From IMG/VR virus record IMGVR_UViG_3300028888_000073, positions 53,950 to 117,949 of that record: a stretch of DNA of 64,000 nucleotides; one strand, given 5' to 3'. Within the stretch, counting starts at the first letter, position 1. Every line of letters begins with the position of its first letter. The position numbers were made by a program, and so were the translations under genes. Shown piece after piece: positions 39,834-50,305 of the stretch. Below the pieces are notes generated by a model. The model was given only the letters and a program-made list of their open reading frames with translations, did not search any database and was not told the DNA's origin. Source of the stretch: a virus. Lineage: Duplodnaviria > Caudoviricetes.

Positions 39834-41033
39834 TTATGCAGTTTCCAGTGCCTTTACCTTTACTCTAGTAAGTTCAGTCTGCTTAACTCCGTTAAATTCA
39901 GTGTGTCCCTTAATTGTGCCAGTGATCTCAAACCTGTCAGTGACATAATCGCTAGTGTAAAAGTTACCAGATGTCTTCCAAGTGAAGATGTTTCCGTCAG
40001 CATCAGTAAACTTATACATTCTAACAAATGCGCCGTAGTCATTAGTCCAAGATGTAATCAGTTCACATACAGCATTTACTGTGATCTTCTGTCCGACAGT
40101 TCCTACGAACTTTGTCTTTTCAGCTTCTTCATTTTTCTTGTTGTCAGCGTCAATGCGTTCATTGATCTTCTTATAGAGAACATAAGCATAAGCAACGATT
40201 CCATCAGCATAGGTAATTACCTGTGCGCCTTCAAGTCTCAGCTTTGTGTTCCATACGAAGTTGTCAACATACTTGTCATCCAGTTCCTTGAAGAACTTGA
40301 TTACTGTCTTAGCAGTCTCAATGTACTTATCTTCAATAGGAGCGTTTTTGCGATAACCATTGTCAGCAACTTCCTTTGTCGGGTTCTTTCCGTCAGCCTT
40401 TGCATATCCATAAGTCTCAATAGCCTTAATGCAGTATGCCAGATACTTTTCAACGTCATAGCAAGCAGTGTACTTACCGAAATCAGCTTCCATGATGAAC
40501 GGTTCTTTGTTGTCAATCAGAATGTCATAAACATCCTTGTATCCGGCAATCGTGGTTGCCAGTTCATATCCGATATAATCTTTCAGGCAAGTAGTTCCTA
40601 CCATCTTTTCTTCACCAGTGACATTATCCGTAAGGACAACACACTTTGCTCTGCGATGCTTAGTTCCGCAGTGGTCACACCGCAGGTCAGCATGACGATA
40701 CTTAGCAAGGAGTTCTTCATCAATCTTGTCACAGAACGGATAAACGCTGTTGACAGGTTCACCCTTTTCATTGGTAGCCGCTTTGAGAACAGCGGTCAGA
40801 CGGAAGTCGCCAACCTTGTAGTCATCAAAGTCAATGTCATACTCTACACATTCAACTCTCTCAGTTCCGATCTTGACCTGACACTTGTTAATCTCATCAA
40901 CGCCGTACACGTTGACTTCCTGAACGAACTCACGAACAACTTCAAATTTCTTATTACCAGTGATCTTCTTGAACAGTCTCTTGATCTTCTTTTCCAGTTC
41001 TTCAAACTTGACCTTCGTTGTTGTGTATCTCAT
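39834..41033 (-). CDS. Phage protein with Zn-binding motif and C-terminal OB-fold
   Basis: CDHC...VGTTC; C-terminal FVGTVG...WKTS...GTIKGH.EF.GVKQTELTR; strongly biased codons. Confidence 0.75.
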   Translation of the reverse strand: MRYTTTKVKFEELEKKIKRLFKKITGNKKFEVVREFVQEVNVYGVDEINKCQVKIGTERVECVEYDIDFDDYKVGDFRLTAVLKAATNEKGEPVNSVYPFCDKIDEELLAKYRHADLRCDHCGTKHRRAKCVVLTDNVTGEEKMVGTTCLKDYIGYELATTIAGYKDVYDILIDNKEPFIMEADFGKYTACYDVEKYLAYCIKAIETYGYAKADGKNPTKEVADNGYRKNAPIEDKYIETAKTVIKFFKELDDKYVDNFVWNTKLRLEGAQVITYADGIVAYAYVLYKKINERIDADNKKNEEAEKTKFVGTVGQKITVNAVCELITSWTNDYGAFVRMYKFTDADGNIFTWKTSGNFYTSDYVTDRFEITGTIKGHTEFNGVKQTELTRVKVKALETA

Positions 41034-41078
41034 ATTGTACCTCACTTTCGTACATACCATACTCTCCCTTACAAATAT

Positions 41079-41107
41079 AGTATAGCATATTTTGAGGAAA
41101 ATGTCAA
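41079..41107 (-). promoter_or_regulatory. Repeated promoter, copy 9
   Basis: TTGACA-N17-TATACT with TGn. Confidence 0.85.
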
Positions 41108-41130
41108 GTAGTTTCTGGAAAATTGTTTAG

Positions 41131-41172
41131 AAAAAGTTGCACAAACTATGCAGTGATAATCTGTGCAACTTT
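41131..41172. repeat. Hairpin nearly identical to 45451-45492
   Basis: AAAAAGTTGCACAAACTAT...ATAATCTGTGCAACTTT present in both copies. Confidence 0.8.
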
Positions 41173-41182
41173 GTGTACTGTA

Positions 41183-42208
41183 TTACTTAACCTTTTCAAT
41201 GATTTTTGTTCTCAACATAAACCGGAATACATCCTTACGAATTGTTTCAGTCTTATTAATGTCTTTTTCGGAGATATAATAACCGTAAATAAGTTCAGTG
41301 AGTGGATTTTTAACACTGTACGGTTTAACTTTAACGTAATTTTCGGATACCTCAATAATCTCAAGTGAGATGTAGTTATAGTCACCGCATTTATACAGAT
41401 CACCGACTTTGAATTCTTCCTCATTGTAAGATTTACTGTATTTAGTGTCAGATGTATCTTTCGGTGTTTCAGGTGTTTTGGTTGTTTCCGGCTCACGCAC
41501 ACTCTCTGAATACTCAGGTTTACTGTCACCGATAAATCTTCGATACTCATTCATATCAGTGCTTGCAAGGTCAGACAGAAAGTGTGAAGCAATCTCTGAT
41601 CTAACTTCTCTAGGAATTCCGTTATATGTTGTCATGATTTCATCATAGGTTGCTTCCTTAAAGAATTCAATAACAATCTCCGGTGTAACTTCCATCTTAA
41701 TATTCATGTTCTTCTCAATAATCATATTCGCGTTCCTCCGAATTATCTGAAATATTATATAATTTATCAAACAGGCTTTGATCAATCATGAAATCATCAC
41801 TATCAACATTTTTCATATCAGGAGCATCTTCATCATGAATGTTCAAGCATTGTCTGTATAGACTAAGTTCTAATAGCCACATAAGTAACTGTTCGTGATC
41901 ATTCCGGCATTCCTCACATCCAAAGTTATCTTTGGCAAGTAGTTCCTTTAGATGATCAATGCCATCTTGAAGTTTCAAAATAAACCACCTCAATCATTCA
42001 AATATAACGAAGCCATAAACATACATGAAGCCGCACACACTGCATTGAATCCCCATGATTCTTCTGCGTCCATAGAAATAATCATAAGGACTAGGTTGAT
42101 TGCTCCGCCCGTAAGATTTGCAATGATACACTTGCTAGATTCATCCAAATGATTCATTGAATAAAGCAGTAGTGCAACTGTAACAATAAGACTAATAATA
42201 GTTAGCAT
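41183..42208 (-). CDS. Three hypothetical genes (41183..41725, 41715..41993, membrane protein 41990..42208)
   Basis: Packed ORFs with RBSs. Confidence 0.6.
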
Positions 42209-42221
42209 ATTAAATTACCTC

Positions 42222-42614
42222 TCAATCCCACAATGAACAGTAATACTTCCAGAATAGTTGCAGTGATTCATCAAACTGCTCCTGAACTGTATCAAGTTCT
42301 TTGCGATTCAATACCCTCCATTCACGTTTCATATATGCATAGAATCCGTCTATGATCTTGTTCAGAACATCAATCCATGCATCATATGATTCAAGACTTG
42401 TCGGGTATCCAGTACAGTTGTCGCGGAAGTATACAAGTCTTGGAAGAATAAATGCAAGAATACTTATATCAAGATTAAAGATATCTTGATAATTGAACCC
42501 ATGCTTATAAAAAAACCTATCAGACTTTTCTACATACTCTTTTTTACTGCACAGTCTTCTGACGTTCACTGTACACTTCCTTGCAACTTCTTCTGCTTGA
42601 CGTTGTGTAATCAT
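42222..42614 (-). CDS. Conserved phage hypothetical protein (D..NLD...ILPRL..F...GYP)
   Basis: 130-aa ORF. Confidence 0.7.
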   Translation of the reverse strand: MITQRQAEEVARKCTVNVRRLCSKKEYVEKSDRFFYKHGFNYQDIFNLDISILAFILPRLVYFRDNCTGYPTSLESYDAWIDVLNKIIDGFYAYMKREWRVLNRKELDTVQEQFDESLQLFWKYYCSLWD

Positions 42615-43063
42615 TAATCCACCAACTTCCTGAATGTAATGCCTATATAGGTCTTAACAGTTTTAGTAATAGTTGTAGTACCGACACGCGCAAACTGGTG
42701 TTCTCCGCGATAGTAACCGCAGTAAGTATACACATCATCGAACATCACAGTATCACCGATCTTGATACCATTGACATCGACTTCCTCTGTGATTCTAGGA
42801 ATCGGAAGATTCATATATCTCTGGTAAGCAATAGCTACACCAACTTCATATACAAACTCGTCAGTCTTTGGATTGCATTTTGCAGTTCCGACTCTTCCTG
42901 TGTTTGCATTGAGGATATAGTAAACGTGCTTCTTTGCCCGGTCGTTAAGTACGTAGTTTGCAACAATGTAATCATTTTCCGTAATGAATTTTAGTGCTTT
43001 CGCATAAGTAGTCTTAACCCAATTATCCCATCCTTTTTTAGTCATATAAATTTTCATAATCAT
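42614..43063 (-). CDS. Hypothetical protein with a domain paralogous to 38415..39065
   Basis: GTAKCNPKTDEFVYEVGVAIA. Confidence 0.7.
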   Translation of the reverse strand: MIMKIYMTKKGWDNWVKTTYAKALKFITENDYIVANYVLNDRAKKHVYYILNANTGRVGTAKCNPKTDEFVYEVGVAIAYQRYMNLPIPRITEEVDVNGIKIGDTVMFDDVYTYCGYYRGEHQFARVGTTTITKTVKTYIGITFRKLVD

Positions 43064-43143
43064 GTACCTCCATTCATCACTTTACAACTCTATAAGTTGT
43101 ATCTTCCATTTCGTGTATTACAGGATTGATTCCCTGTATATAT

Positions 43144-43172
43144 AGTATAACATATTTAGTGGTAAATGTCAA
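43144..43172 (-). promoter_or_regulatory. Repeated promoter, copy 10
   Basis: TTGACA-N17-TATACT with TGn. Confidence 0.85.
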
Positions 43173-43248
43173 GCGTTTTCAGAAACTTTATGAAACAAAA
43201 AACAGCACAAATAATTGCACTGTTTTTGTATATTATGTATATAAGGTA

Positions 43249-43506
43249 TTACCACAAATCTTCCGAGTATAATTCAGGTTTATTACAAGATATCTGACCG
43301 CATTCAAATGCATGGTCTGCGGCGGAACTACGATCAAGAAATTCTCCATCATCAGTAAGAAATCCATCAGTACAATATTCCATATCAATATATTGATTCA
43401 TCTCTTTAAGAATATCATACATACGATCATACACATTCATATGTCTTTCTTTATCATTACCGACATAAACAGTATCTTTATACTTAATAGCAACTCTATC
43501 AATCAT
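43249..43506 (-). CDS. Conserved phage protein (GFLT..GEFLDR...LYSEDLW)
   Basis: Recognisable small phage family motif. Confidence 0.75.
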   Translation of the reverse strand: MIDRVAIKYKDTVYVGNDKERHMNVYDRMYDILKEMNQYIDMEYCTDGFLTDDGEFLDRSSAADHAFECGQISCNKPELYSEDLW

Positions 43507-43519
43507 ATAAAATAACCTC

Positions 43520-44329
43520 TTAGTGTTTTATGTAATTATTTACAATATCATATGCGAATGAAGAAATAACATCACATGCTCTCATAAATGCAATTCCTCT
43601 TTTCTTATGTAGTGTATCAGCAACACCATCATATATAGGAGTACATTCAACATTCTTACCATTAACAGTTATACTGATCTCAACATCCGGAACATCAATA
43701 GATTTAATTTTGAACTTTGGCGTGGTAGCACCACCGATAAAAGAAAAATCATCACCGATCTTCTTTTTTAATTGATTCTGAACAGTAAGTAAAGATGCTT
43801 GATTATTATCATACTCAAACAATTCTTCACTCTCTTTAAGAACTCTGTAATCATCTATTACATTGTTCATTAACTTGTTATACAGTTCCGGAACATTGTT
43901 TTTCAAGAAATCTTTACCATGAATATCTTTCGTAAATACTGATCCAGTTTCAAGAGGATATTCAGCACCTTTATATTCAACTGTAATATAATCATCACCA
44001 AATTTACCAAACTTAGATGTAATAGAACTAACAGGTAAAAAGATAAAATTGATTGCTTCCTGTCTCTCAAACTCACTAACAGTCATTTTATGCTGTTTCA
44101 GATATGACTGTAGATTCGGCAACCATCCTGCTTTGAGTGCTTTCTCAATGATCTCCATATGAACGGTATTCATTGCATCTCCAATGACATAAAGATCATC
44201 TTGTGGAATATACACAACTCTATACGCTTTTGGCTTATTCAGAAACAGATTAAGCACATCTCCGGCATAATCTGTTATAATGATATCATCTAATTTCTTG
44301 AACGATTCTAATATCTTAATTTCTATCAT
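43520..44329 (-). CDS. Hypothetical protein with IKILES leader and internal LKESEELFE
   Basis: ORF track 43520..44341; ATG at 44329 preferred. Confidence 0.7.
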   Translation of the reverse strand: MIEIKILESFKKLDDIIITDYAGDVLNLFLNKPKAYRVVYIPQDDLYVIGDAMNTVHMEIIEKALKAGWLPNLQSYLKQHKMTVSEFERQEAINFIFLPVSSITSKFGKFGDDYITVEYKGAEYPLETGSVFTKDIHGKDFLKNNVPELYNKLMNNVIDDYRVLKESEELFEYDNNQASLLTVQNQLKKKIGDDFSFIGGATTPKFKIKSIDVPDVEISITVNGKNVECTPIYDGVADTLHKKRGIAFMRACDVISSFAYDIVNNYIKH

Positions 44330-44476
44330 ACACAACAACAACCTTTCAAAACATTGGTGTTATACTATAAAGTTACAATATGATTACATGAGAATAGTGT
44401 GTTGTAGTATTTATTTCATATAGTATAATTATATACATTATGTTTGTATATTTGTACTATATAGTTTATTGTAAAT

Positions 44477-44512
44477 AAATAGTGGTTGACAGTGAAATGT
44501 CACCCACTATTT
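44477..44512. terminator. Hairpin in AT-rich intergenic region
   Basis: AAATAGTGG-TGACA...TGTCA-CCACTATTT. Confidence 0.5.
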
Positions 44513-44636
44513 GTTATTTATTTTGTATTCTTGTCATAGTATTTTTTGTATTATTTATTGTTTCGTTTATGCATTATGCCGAATTTAATGAAAACTGTGT
44601 ATTTTTCTAAAATTTTACTGAATTAATGTAGGATTC

Positions 44637-45338
44637 TTATGCCACTTCCGGAACAACTCTACGCTTTTTCATCAATTCCGGATCACATACATACTGTTTC
44701 TTACCCCATGTACCAACCTCTACATGGCTATAGAAGTTAGTGCAGAAGTAGTCGATCATTCCGTCAGAGTCATCATACCGATAGCTGTTTACTGCTTCCT
44801 GTACATCTCTCATAATTCTCTGAATGTCTTCTGTATAACATGTTCTCATGAATCTTTCTTTATCCTGATCTGTTGTTGTGTGTCCATACTGATAGTTATA
44901 AGACCATGTGTTGTCATAGAGTTCTTTATCTGTCAGTTCTTCAAATGTCTTACACAGTCTGTACGGTCCTTTTACCAGTGTTACACTGATAGAAGAACCA
45001 CCAGAAAATGTGCTGAATGTTACAGAGAATTTACACTCCGGAAATACTTCCTTTACATACTTTCTGATCAGTGCTGTGATTTCTTTTGTTGTGAGATCAC
45101 TGTCATAGTTTCTTCCGCACCATCCGTTCTGTGTATAGAACTGTCTACGGAATCCTGCCGCTGTTTCTTCTGCTTCCTTTTTTGTTTTAGGAAGAATCTT
45201 GAACATGATATCGAACTCATTATTGAGTTCTTTCATCACTTCTACATCCCCACCGAGGTCAGGATGATACTTACGGGCAAGCTGTCTGTAAATCTTTTTC
45301 AGTTCTTCAACGCTCTTTACATTCTTGAAATACTTCAT
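44637..45338 (-). CDS. J-domain (HPD) protein fused to an LPD29-like domain
   Basis: YRQLARKYHPDLGG; KFSV...GGSSI.V...YDDSDGMIDYF. Confidence 0.8.
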   Translation of the reverse strand: MKYFKNVKSVEELKKIYRQLARKYHPDLGGDVEVMKELNNEFDIMFKILPKTKKEAEETAAGFRRQFYTQNGWCGRNYDSDLTTKEITALIRKYVKEVFPECKFSVTFSTFSGGSSISVTLVKGPYRLCKTFEELTDKELYDNTWSYNYQYGHTTTDQDKERFMRTCYTEDIQRIMRDVQEAVNSYRYDDSDGMIDYFCTNFYSHVEVGTWGKKQYVCDPELMKKRRVVPEVA

Positions 45339-45388
45339 AATGAATACCTCACTTTCAGAACTCTTGATAAACTCTCTCTTACAAATAT

Positions 45389-45417
45389 AGTATATCATAT
45401 TTTAAGATAAATGTCAA
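45389..45417 (-). promoter_or_regulatory. Repeated promoter, copy 11
   Basis: TTGACA-N17-TATACT with TGn. Confidence 0.85.
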
Positions 45418-45513
45418 GTAGTTTGAGGAAAATTCTTAGAAAAATGTAAGAAAAAGTTGCACAAACTATTTCTTAATAATCTGTGCAACTTTACATAAAC
45501 ACTGTGTTAGTTA

Positions 45514-45996
45514 TTAATCCAGTCTATGTGCAATGAATAATACGTTATACTGTTTCTCAATATCTTCAAGAAGTTCTGTCATGATATTCCAGTCTCCACC
45601 TGCAAGACCACATCCAAACTTATACGGGATTGCGATTTGGATTTGTGCATCATCTGGAATACGCTGTGATTTTCTGTATTCTGGAATAAAATCTTCAAAT
45701 GCTGTTCGTACTGCATTGTAGTCTGTCATACAAGAATTACAACTAACATCTTCCTGACCGAAGATATTAATGATCATATGATTACATACTACAGAATAAC
45801 ATGAAGTTCCTAAAGGTGATTTCTGATTATTGTTATTCTTATAACTTTCAATATAATCTCTGTATTCATTATACACACAACGCCACTTTCCTTTGATCTG
45901 TCTCGCTACGCCGCCGCCCATAATACCAAGACAGTTTACTTGATGTGCAATCAAATACACATCTGTTTCCAAAAGATTCCCATATACTGTATTCAT
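45514..45996 (-). CDS. Macro-domain (ADP-ribose processing) protein
   Basis: GNLL...IAHQVNCLGIMGGGVA...PYKFGCGLAGGDW. Confidence 0.9.
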   Translation of the reverse strand: MNTVYGNLLETDVYLIAHQVNCLGIMGGGVARQIKGKWRCVYNEYRDYIESYKNNNNQKSPLGTSCYSVVCNHMIINIFGQEDVSCNSCMTDYNAVRTAFEDFIPEYRKSQRIPDDAQIQIAIPYKFGCGLAGGDWNIMTELLEDIEKQYNVLFIAHRLD

Positions 45997-46017
45997 AAAT
46001 TATTCTCCTTGTTGGTT

Positions 46018-46751
46018 TTATGAGAAATCCCAATCATGATCAGGTTCTCCCCATCTTTTTCTATCATAACTAAATACATAGAATGTCGGGTATTTGTGAG
46101 GAATGTTGTGTTTCTTTCTATGCGCTATGCACCACTCACTGTTACATCCAAAGTGCATACCTGCTGTAGTGCATTGCCATGTTTTATTTGGTGTAATATC
46201 TCCAAAATGATAATAATTATCAACTACACACTCTGATATAATATCAATTTGATACATTCCGTCCTTTTCCTTGAAAATAAGTTTATCATGTTTTGGGTAG
46301 TATTTTTCATACAGCCTAATCATATCACGCATTTCTTGTTCTGATAATCTTCCAACTCTCAATTTGATAAATTGCTGTGCGTGAGGTGAAGCCTGATTTA
46401 CTATTAGTGTGAGACTTTCTGAATAGTTCATCCAGTCAATAACTTTAACAGCTACGCAATTTAGGTCAAGGACTCCGCGACTTACCCAATAATCCCTGTG
46501 TTTGTTTTCACCTTTCATATTCGTACATAGACCTTTCTAAGTTATTCATATAGCACTTATACATTATTCTCCTTAATATACTTAGACATCCACCGATATG
46601 ATTCTTGTTTAAGCCACTCTGTAGTACCATCTTGACAATTCTTTTCAACACAAGATTCGTCACAGTATGTACAAGTTGCACAATCAACTCTAAGTAGAAA
46701 CTCTCCGAGTTCTTCAACTGTCATTTGCTTGACCACATCAAAGTTCGTCAT
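46018..46751 (-). CDS. Two hypothetical genes (46018..46518, 46557..46751)
   Basis: Second gene has the common phage MTNFDxxKxMTxEEL...WL motif. Confidence 0.6.
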
Positions 46752-47898
46752 AATAACCTGCTCCTTCCTCTTTGATCAGTTTTGCGTATGTTTCATTCAC
46801 TTCACACATTACAGGGATTCTGTTCATTGATCTTGCTACACGTCCGAATGTTCCGGAACCTGCAAATGGATCAAGAACCACATCACCTTCAAAGGAGTAA
46901 TATTTCAATATTCTTCTACATAGTTCGTCAGGAAAAACTGCCGGATGATTTTTATCTGATTTCGGTGCGATATACCAACAGTTAGAGGTGTTGATTTCCT
47001 CATCCTCAAATTTGTCGAAATCACTGTAGTCACTGACGTTTTTGTCTAACAGAAACGGACAGCTTTTCCGGTATACCATAATGCTTTCGGTTATACAGTT
47101 CGGTTTATAAGAAAGTGCCTTTCTGGTCTGGATATATCCGCCGATTCTGTTTGGCACGGAAGGTTCCGGTTTAATCCATACAATTTCGTCTATAAAATAA
47201 AAACCTGTTTCTTCCAATAACTTATGAAAATCGTAAGGAATTGGATAGCGGATACTTTCAAATTCCCTTCCCGGTCGTTTTGTTATAACCGGAGAGATAT
47301 TTACAATCATAAAGCGTCCATCTTCTATAACTCTGTTACAAGCCTTAAATATGATCTTCATTTTGTTCAGGTAATCATGATATGAATGATAATCTGAATA
47401 CTCCCTTGCATTATAGTAGGGCGGCGATGTGAAGACAAGCTGTACAGAGCCTTCCGGAAGATTTTGTAAAGTTTTTTCTGAATCTCCGACAAGAAGCATT
47501 GGAGAACTGATATTGTTTGTCACTTCTTTACGTTTATGTCTTTCTTGACGGTATGTAAAAAAGCGGTACATTTTTTCAATTACTTCATTTTGGTAATAAG
47601 TGCGAATTCGTCCGCCAAGTTTTGCAAAACGTACATCATTTTTGCTCTTGTACAGACAAGTGCGGTACATCTGATAAACAAGTTCCATCGGATGACCGTG
47701 AAATGCATTCTCATTCAAAAAATGCAGTATTGCATCATATTCATTCTGTCTGCCAATTGAGGATACTATCTCCCGCTTGATTTCAATATCATAATCTTCA
47801 TGGAAAAGCCGGAACAGCTTTTCAAGAGTTTCAGGTGATCTGTTCTGCTTATTGCCAAGAGTCTTGATATACTGTACAGTAATTTGTTTGTTACCCAT
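46738..47898 (-). CDS. Amino (N4-C/N6-A) DNA methyltransferase, beta class, with helical N-terminal domain
   Basis: FTSPPY catalytic motif precedes HPAVFP and VLDPFAGSGT SAM-binding motif. Confidence 0.9.
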   Translation of the reverse strand: MGNKQITVQYIKTLGNKQNRSPETLEKLFRLFHEDYDIEIKREIVSSIGRQNEYDAILHFLNENAFHGHPMELVYQMYRTCLYKSKNDVRFAKLGGRIRTYYQNEVIEKMYRFFTYRQERHKRKEVTNNISSPMLLVGDSEKTLQNLPEGSVQLVFTSPPYYNAREYSDYHSYHDYLNKMKIIFKACNRVIEDGRFMIVNISPVITKRPGREFESIRYPIPYDFHKLLEETGFYFIDEIVWIKPEPSVPNRIGGYIQTRKALSYKPNCITESIMVYRKSCPFLLDKNVSDYSDFDKFEDEEINTSNCWYIAPKSDKNHPAVFPDELCRRILKYYSFEGDVVLDPFAGSGTFGRVARSMNRIPVMCEVNETYAKLIKEEGAGYYDEL

Positions 47899-47941
47899 AG
47901 ATTTTCCTCTCTACATAATACTGTATTTAACTATTACTGAT

Positions 47942-49424
47942 TTAATCTGTATCAGCAGTCCAAATGTTTCCAGTAATATCACACACTCTCACATCCAAGT
48001 CATACTTACGCTTAAAAGTGTCTTGTACAAATTCATAAAACTTGTCAGTCAGTTTCAGAATAGTTGCAGATTCAATAAACGAATCTAAAATGCGTAATTT
48101 ACCTCTATTGCAAACTGTAAACCCATCAGGATCAGAATAGAAGTCATATCTGATATTACTTCCTGTCATTTCCAGTTCCTTATTAAAGTCTTTAATAATT
48201 TCTTCTGTAATATACTTCATAATTAATCCCATCCCCAACATCCGCAATAATACTCATCGTGTTCTTTTTTAGGTTGATGCTTAAAGAACGGAAGTGTCCA
48301 CTTTGACGGTGTTTCACTTCCGCATCCGCCGTAACAGCATTTTGCTGTTCGTCCTTCAAGTCCGTATGATTCAGATACTTCCTTTTCTACATCCATACAC
48401 ATACAAATAACACAGCATGGACTTCCATCTTCCGCAGTGGCATTTGCAACATGCCCACATTTCATTAACTTCAATTCGATCACTCCTTATAATTTCTTTA
48501 CTGTTCCATTATACAGTTTTGCACATTTCTGTGCATCTCTGTAATTATTAAATATCAACGCCTTGCTCTTACGATCCCATGTGCTCATATTTCCGAACAT
48601 GCTTTCTGATATTCCTGCAAAGTACAATGTACGTTCATGACGTTTACCGTCAACGCTCATATTGGCTTCTGTGATATGTTTCATAGTTACAACGTACTTA
48701 GCCATTTTAAGCACCTCACTCGTATTCGATAAACTCAATCTCCCACTTGAAATGATCTTTTACCCATTTCTGAGTTTTTCCGTAGGTTTCTGCAATCCCT
48801 TTAATGTCACGCTTTACATATTCCTGCGCTTCCCGTTTAGTATTAAACTCTTCCTGAAAGTCTCCATCACAGTATACAGCCCACATATAATCACCTCATT
48901 CAATCTGGATATCATCGCCGTCAAGATCAAGTTTGAGTCGTTCATTATCGTCAGTATCATACGTAATTTCAACATGACCAATGAATTTGTTTCTGAATGC
49001 TCTGTTAAGATTATTCAGAAGATCAATGAATTGCTGTTCTGTAAACGAATCGAAAATTGTGAATGTTGCATCATTTGGATTAAAACTTACATCACAGTTA
49101 AACTCAATCTGTTTTCCGAGCAATGTTGTAATAATGTATGAAGTTGTTTTCTGCATCATATCGCCGCCGGATACAAGTTTTACATTGCGAACATCAGGCA
49201 TCTATATCACCTCACTTTTTAACTGCAATATCTACATGAGTATTTCCTTCAACATCATAGATGTAGAAATGAGATACTTCATAGTTTTCATACTTTTCAG
49301 GAATTGAAAATGTTTCATGCGCACCCAAATTGGACAGAAATTGAACACCATCTGTATCTGTATAAATCAGATGAACAAGTTCAACGATATTATCCATTGC
49401 GCTAATAAGTTCTTTAACTTTCAT
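47942..49424 (-). CDS. Six small hypothetical genes (47942..48247, 48223..48483, 48487..48705, 48716..48886, 48896..49201, 49212..49424)
   Basis: Packed ORFs with GAGGTG/AGGAG RBSs; 48716..48886 read by hand. Confidence 0.6.
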
Positions 49425-49439
49425 AATATCACCTCTTTC

Positions 49440-49943
49440 TTAGTGCTGAGCATCAAAGAACATCATCGCTTTTGCAATGTCTCCTACCGATCTTACATGA
49501 ACCGTTGTCTCATAAGCATTTTCGGCTTCAAAGCACTGACCGTTTCTACCACAGCACCCACCATAGTACCAAAGCTGTTTTCCGTTCTTTTCCATAATGA
49601 GTTCTGTCTTATCTCCGGTATTATTACGTGCGTTGTTAAAGATTTCAATAGCCTTTTTCATATAAGGCTTTGCGGCATCCGACATCACATCATAGTCATA
49701 TTCAACAAAGATGTAAAGGTTTGCGCCTTCAAGGATTTCTCCGGTGTATTCGTCATACCGAATGGATTCATACTTGTCAGCAATCTTGATAATTTCTTTG
49801 TCAGGAATAGTTACATCCTTAATTGTGATTCTGATAGAATCAGAGTACCCACATCCTCTTGTAACAACGGAAATCTTTTTGGAATTATATCCGATAGCCT
49901 TCAGGTCTTCACGAATCTTCTTAGCAATTCCCTTTGCGTACAT
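49440..49943 (-). CDS. LPD29-like domain protein
   Basis: IRxDLK...ISV...YSDSIRITIK...YESIRYDEYTGEILEG.N. Confidence 0.6.
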   Translation of the reverse strand: MYAKGIAKKIREDLKAIGYNSKKISVVTRGCGYSDSIRITIKDVTIPDKEIIKIADKYESIRYDEYTGEILEGANLYIFVEYDYDVMSDAAKPYMKKAIEIFNNARNNTGDKTELIMEKNGKQLWYYGGCCGRNGQCFEAENAYETTVHVRSVGDIAKAMMFFDAQH

Positions 49944-49982
49944 AGCACATACTCCTTTCACAGTAGACAGGTGTATATTATC

Positions 49983-50156
49983 TCATTTTGTCATAGTTTC
50001 TATTGCTATAACAGCCATCGTAAGCGTTTCGTTAAACGCTTTTTCATCCGCCCACTCGATCTTTTTCTGATTAAATTCGGCAGTCAGTTCGGGAAAGAGT
50101 ACGTACATTCTGAGACATTCTGTAATCACCTTAACAGCATCAAGTTCATTTTTCAT
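49983..50156 (-). CDS. Small hypothetical protein
   Basis: GAAAGTGAGG RBS before ATG at 50156. Confidence 0.55.
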   Translation of the reverse strand: MKNELDAVKVITECLRMYVLFPELTAEFNQKKIEWADEKAFNETLTMAVIAIETMTK

Positions 50157-50203
50157 GATTGATACCTCACTTTCTAACCACTCATCATCTCTCTTACAAA
50201 TAT

Positions 50204-50232
50204 AGTATAACATATTTTGAGAAGAATGTCAA
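50204..50232 (-). promoter_or_regulatory. Repeated promoter, copy 12
   Basis: TTGACA-N17-TATACT with TGn; hairpin AAAATTCCGCA/TGCGGAATTTT upstream. Confidence 0.85.
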
Positions 50233-50305
50233 GTGTTTTTGAGAATATAAAAATAAAATTCCGCACAAACATTATGCGGAATTTTTATGCAGTATTCACA
50301 AATCA

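Noticed and set aside
39903-41111. 402-aa plus-strand ORF (also 44724..45410, 49317..50162 and other plus-strand ORFs)
   Set aside because: Antisense shadows of codon-biased minus-strand genes; no RBS, no motifs and implausible composition
45339-45398. Apparently conserved N-terminal peptide M(I/L)YYICK in ORFs 44637, 49983 and 62652
   Set aside because: It is the translated promoter repeat (TGNTATACTATATTTGTAAG); true starts lie downstream of the GAAAGTGAGG RBS
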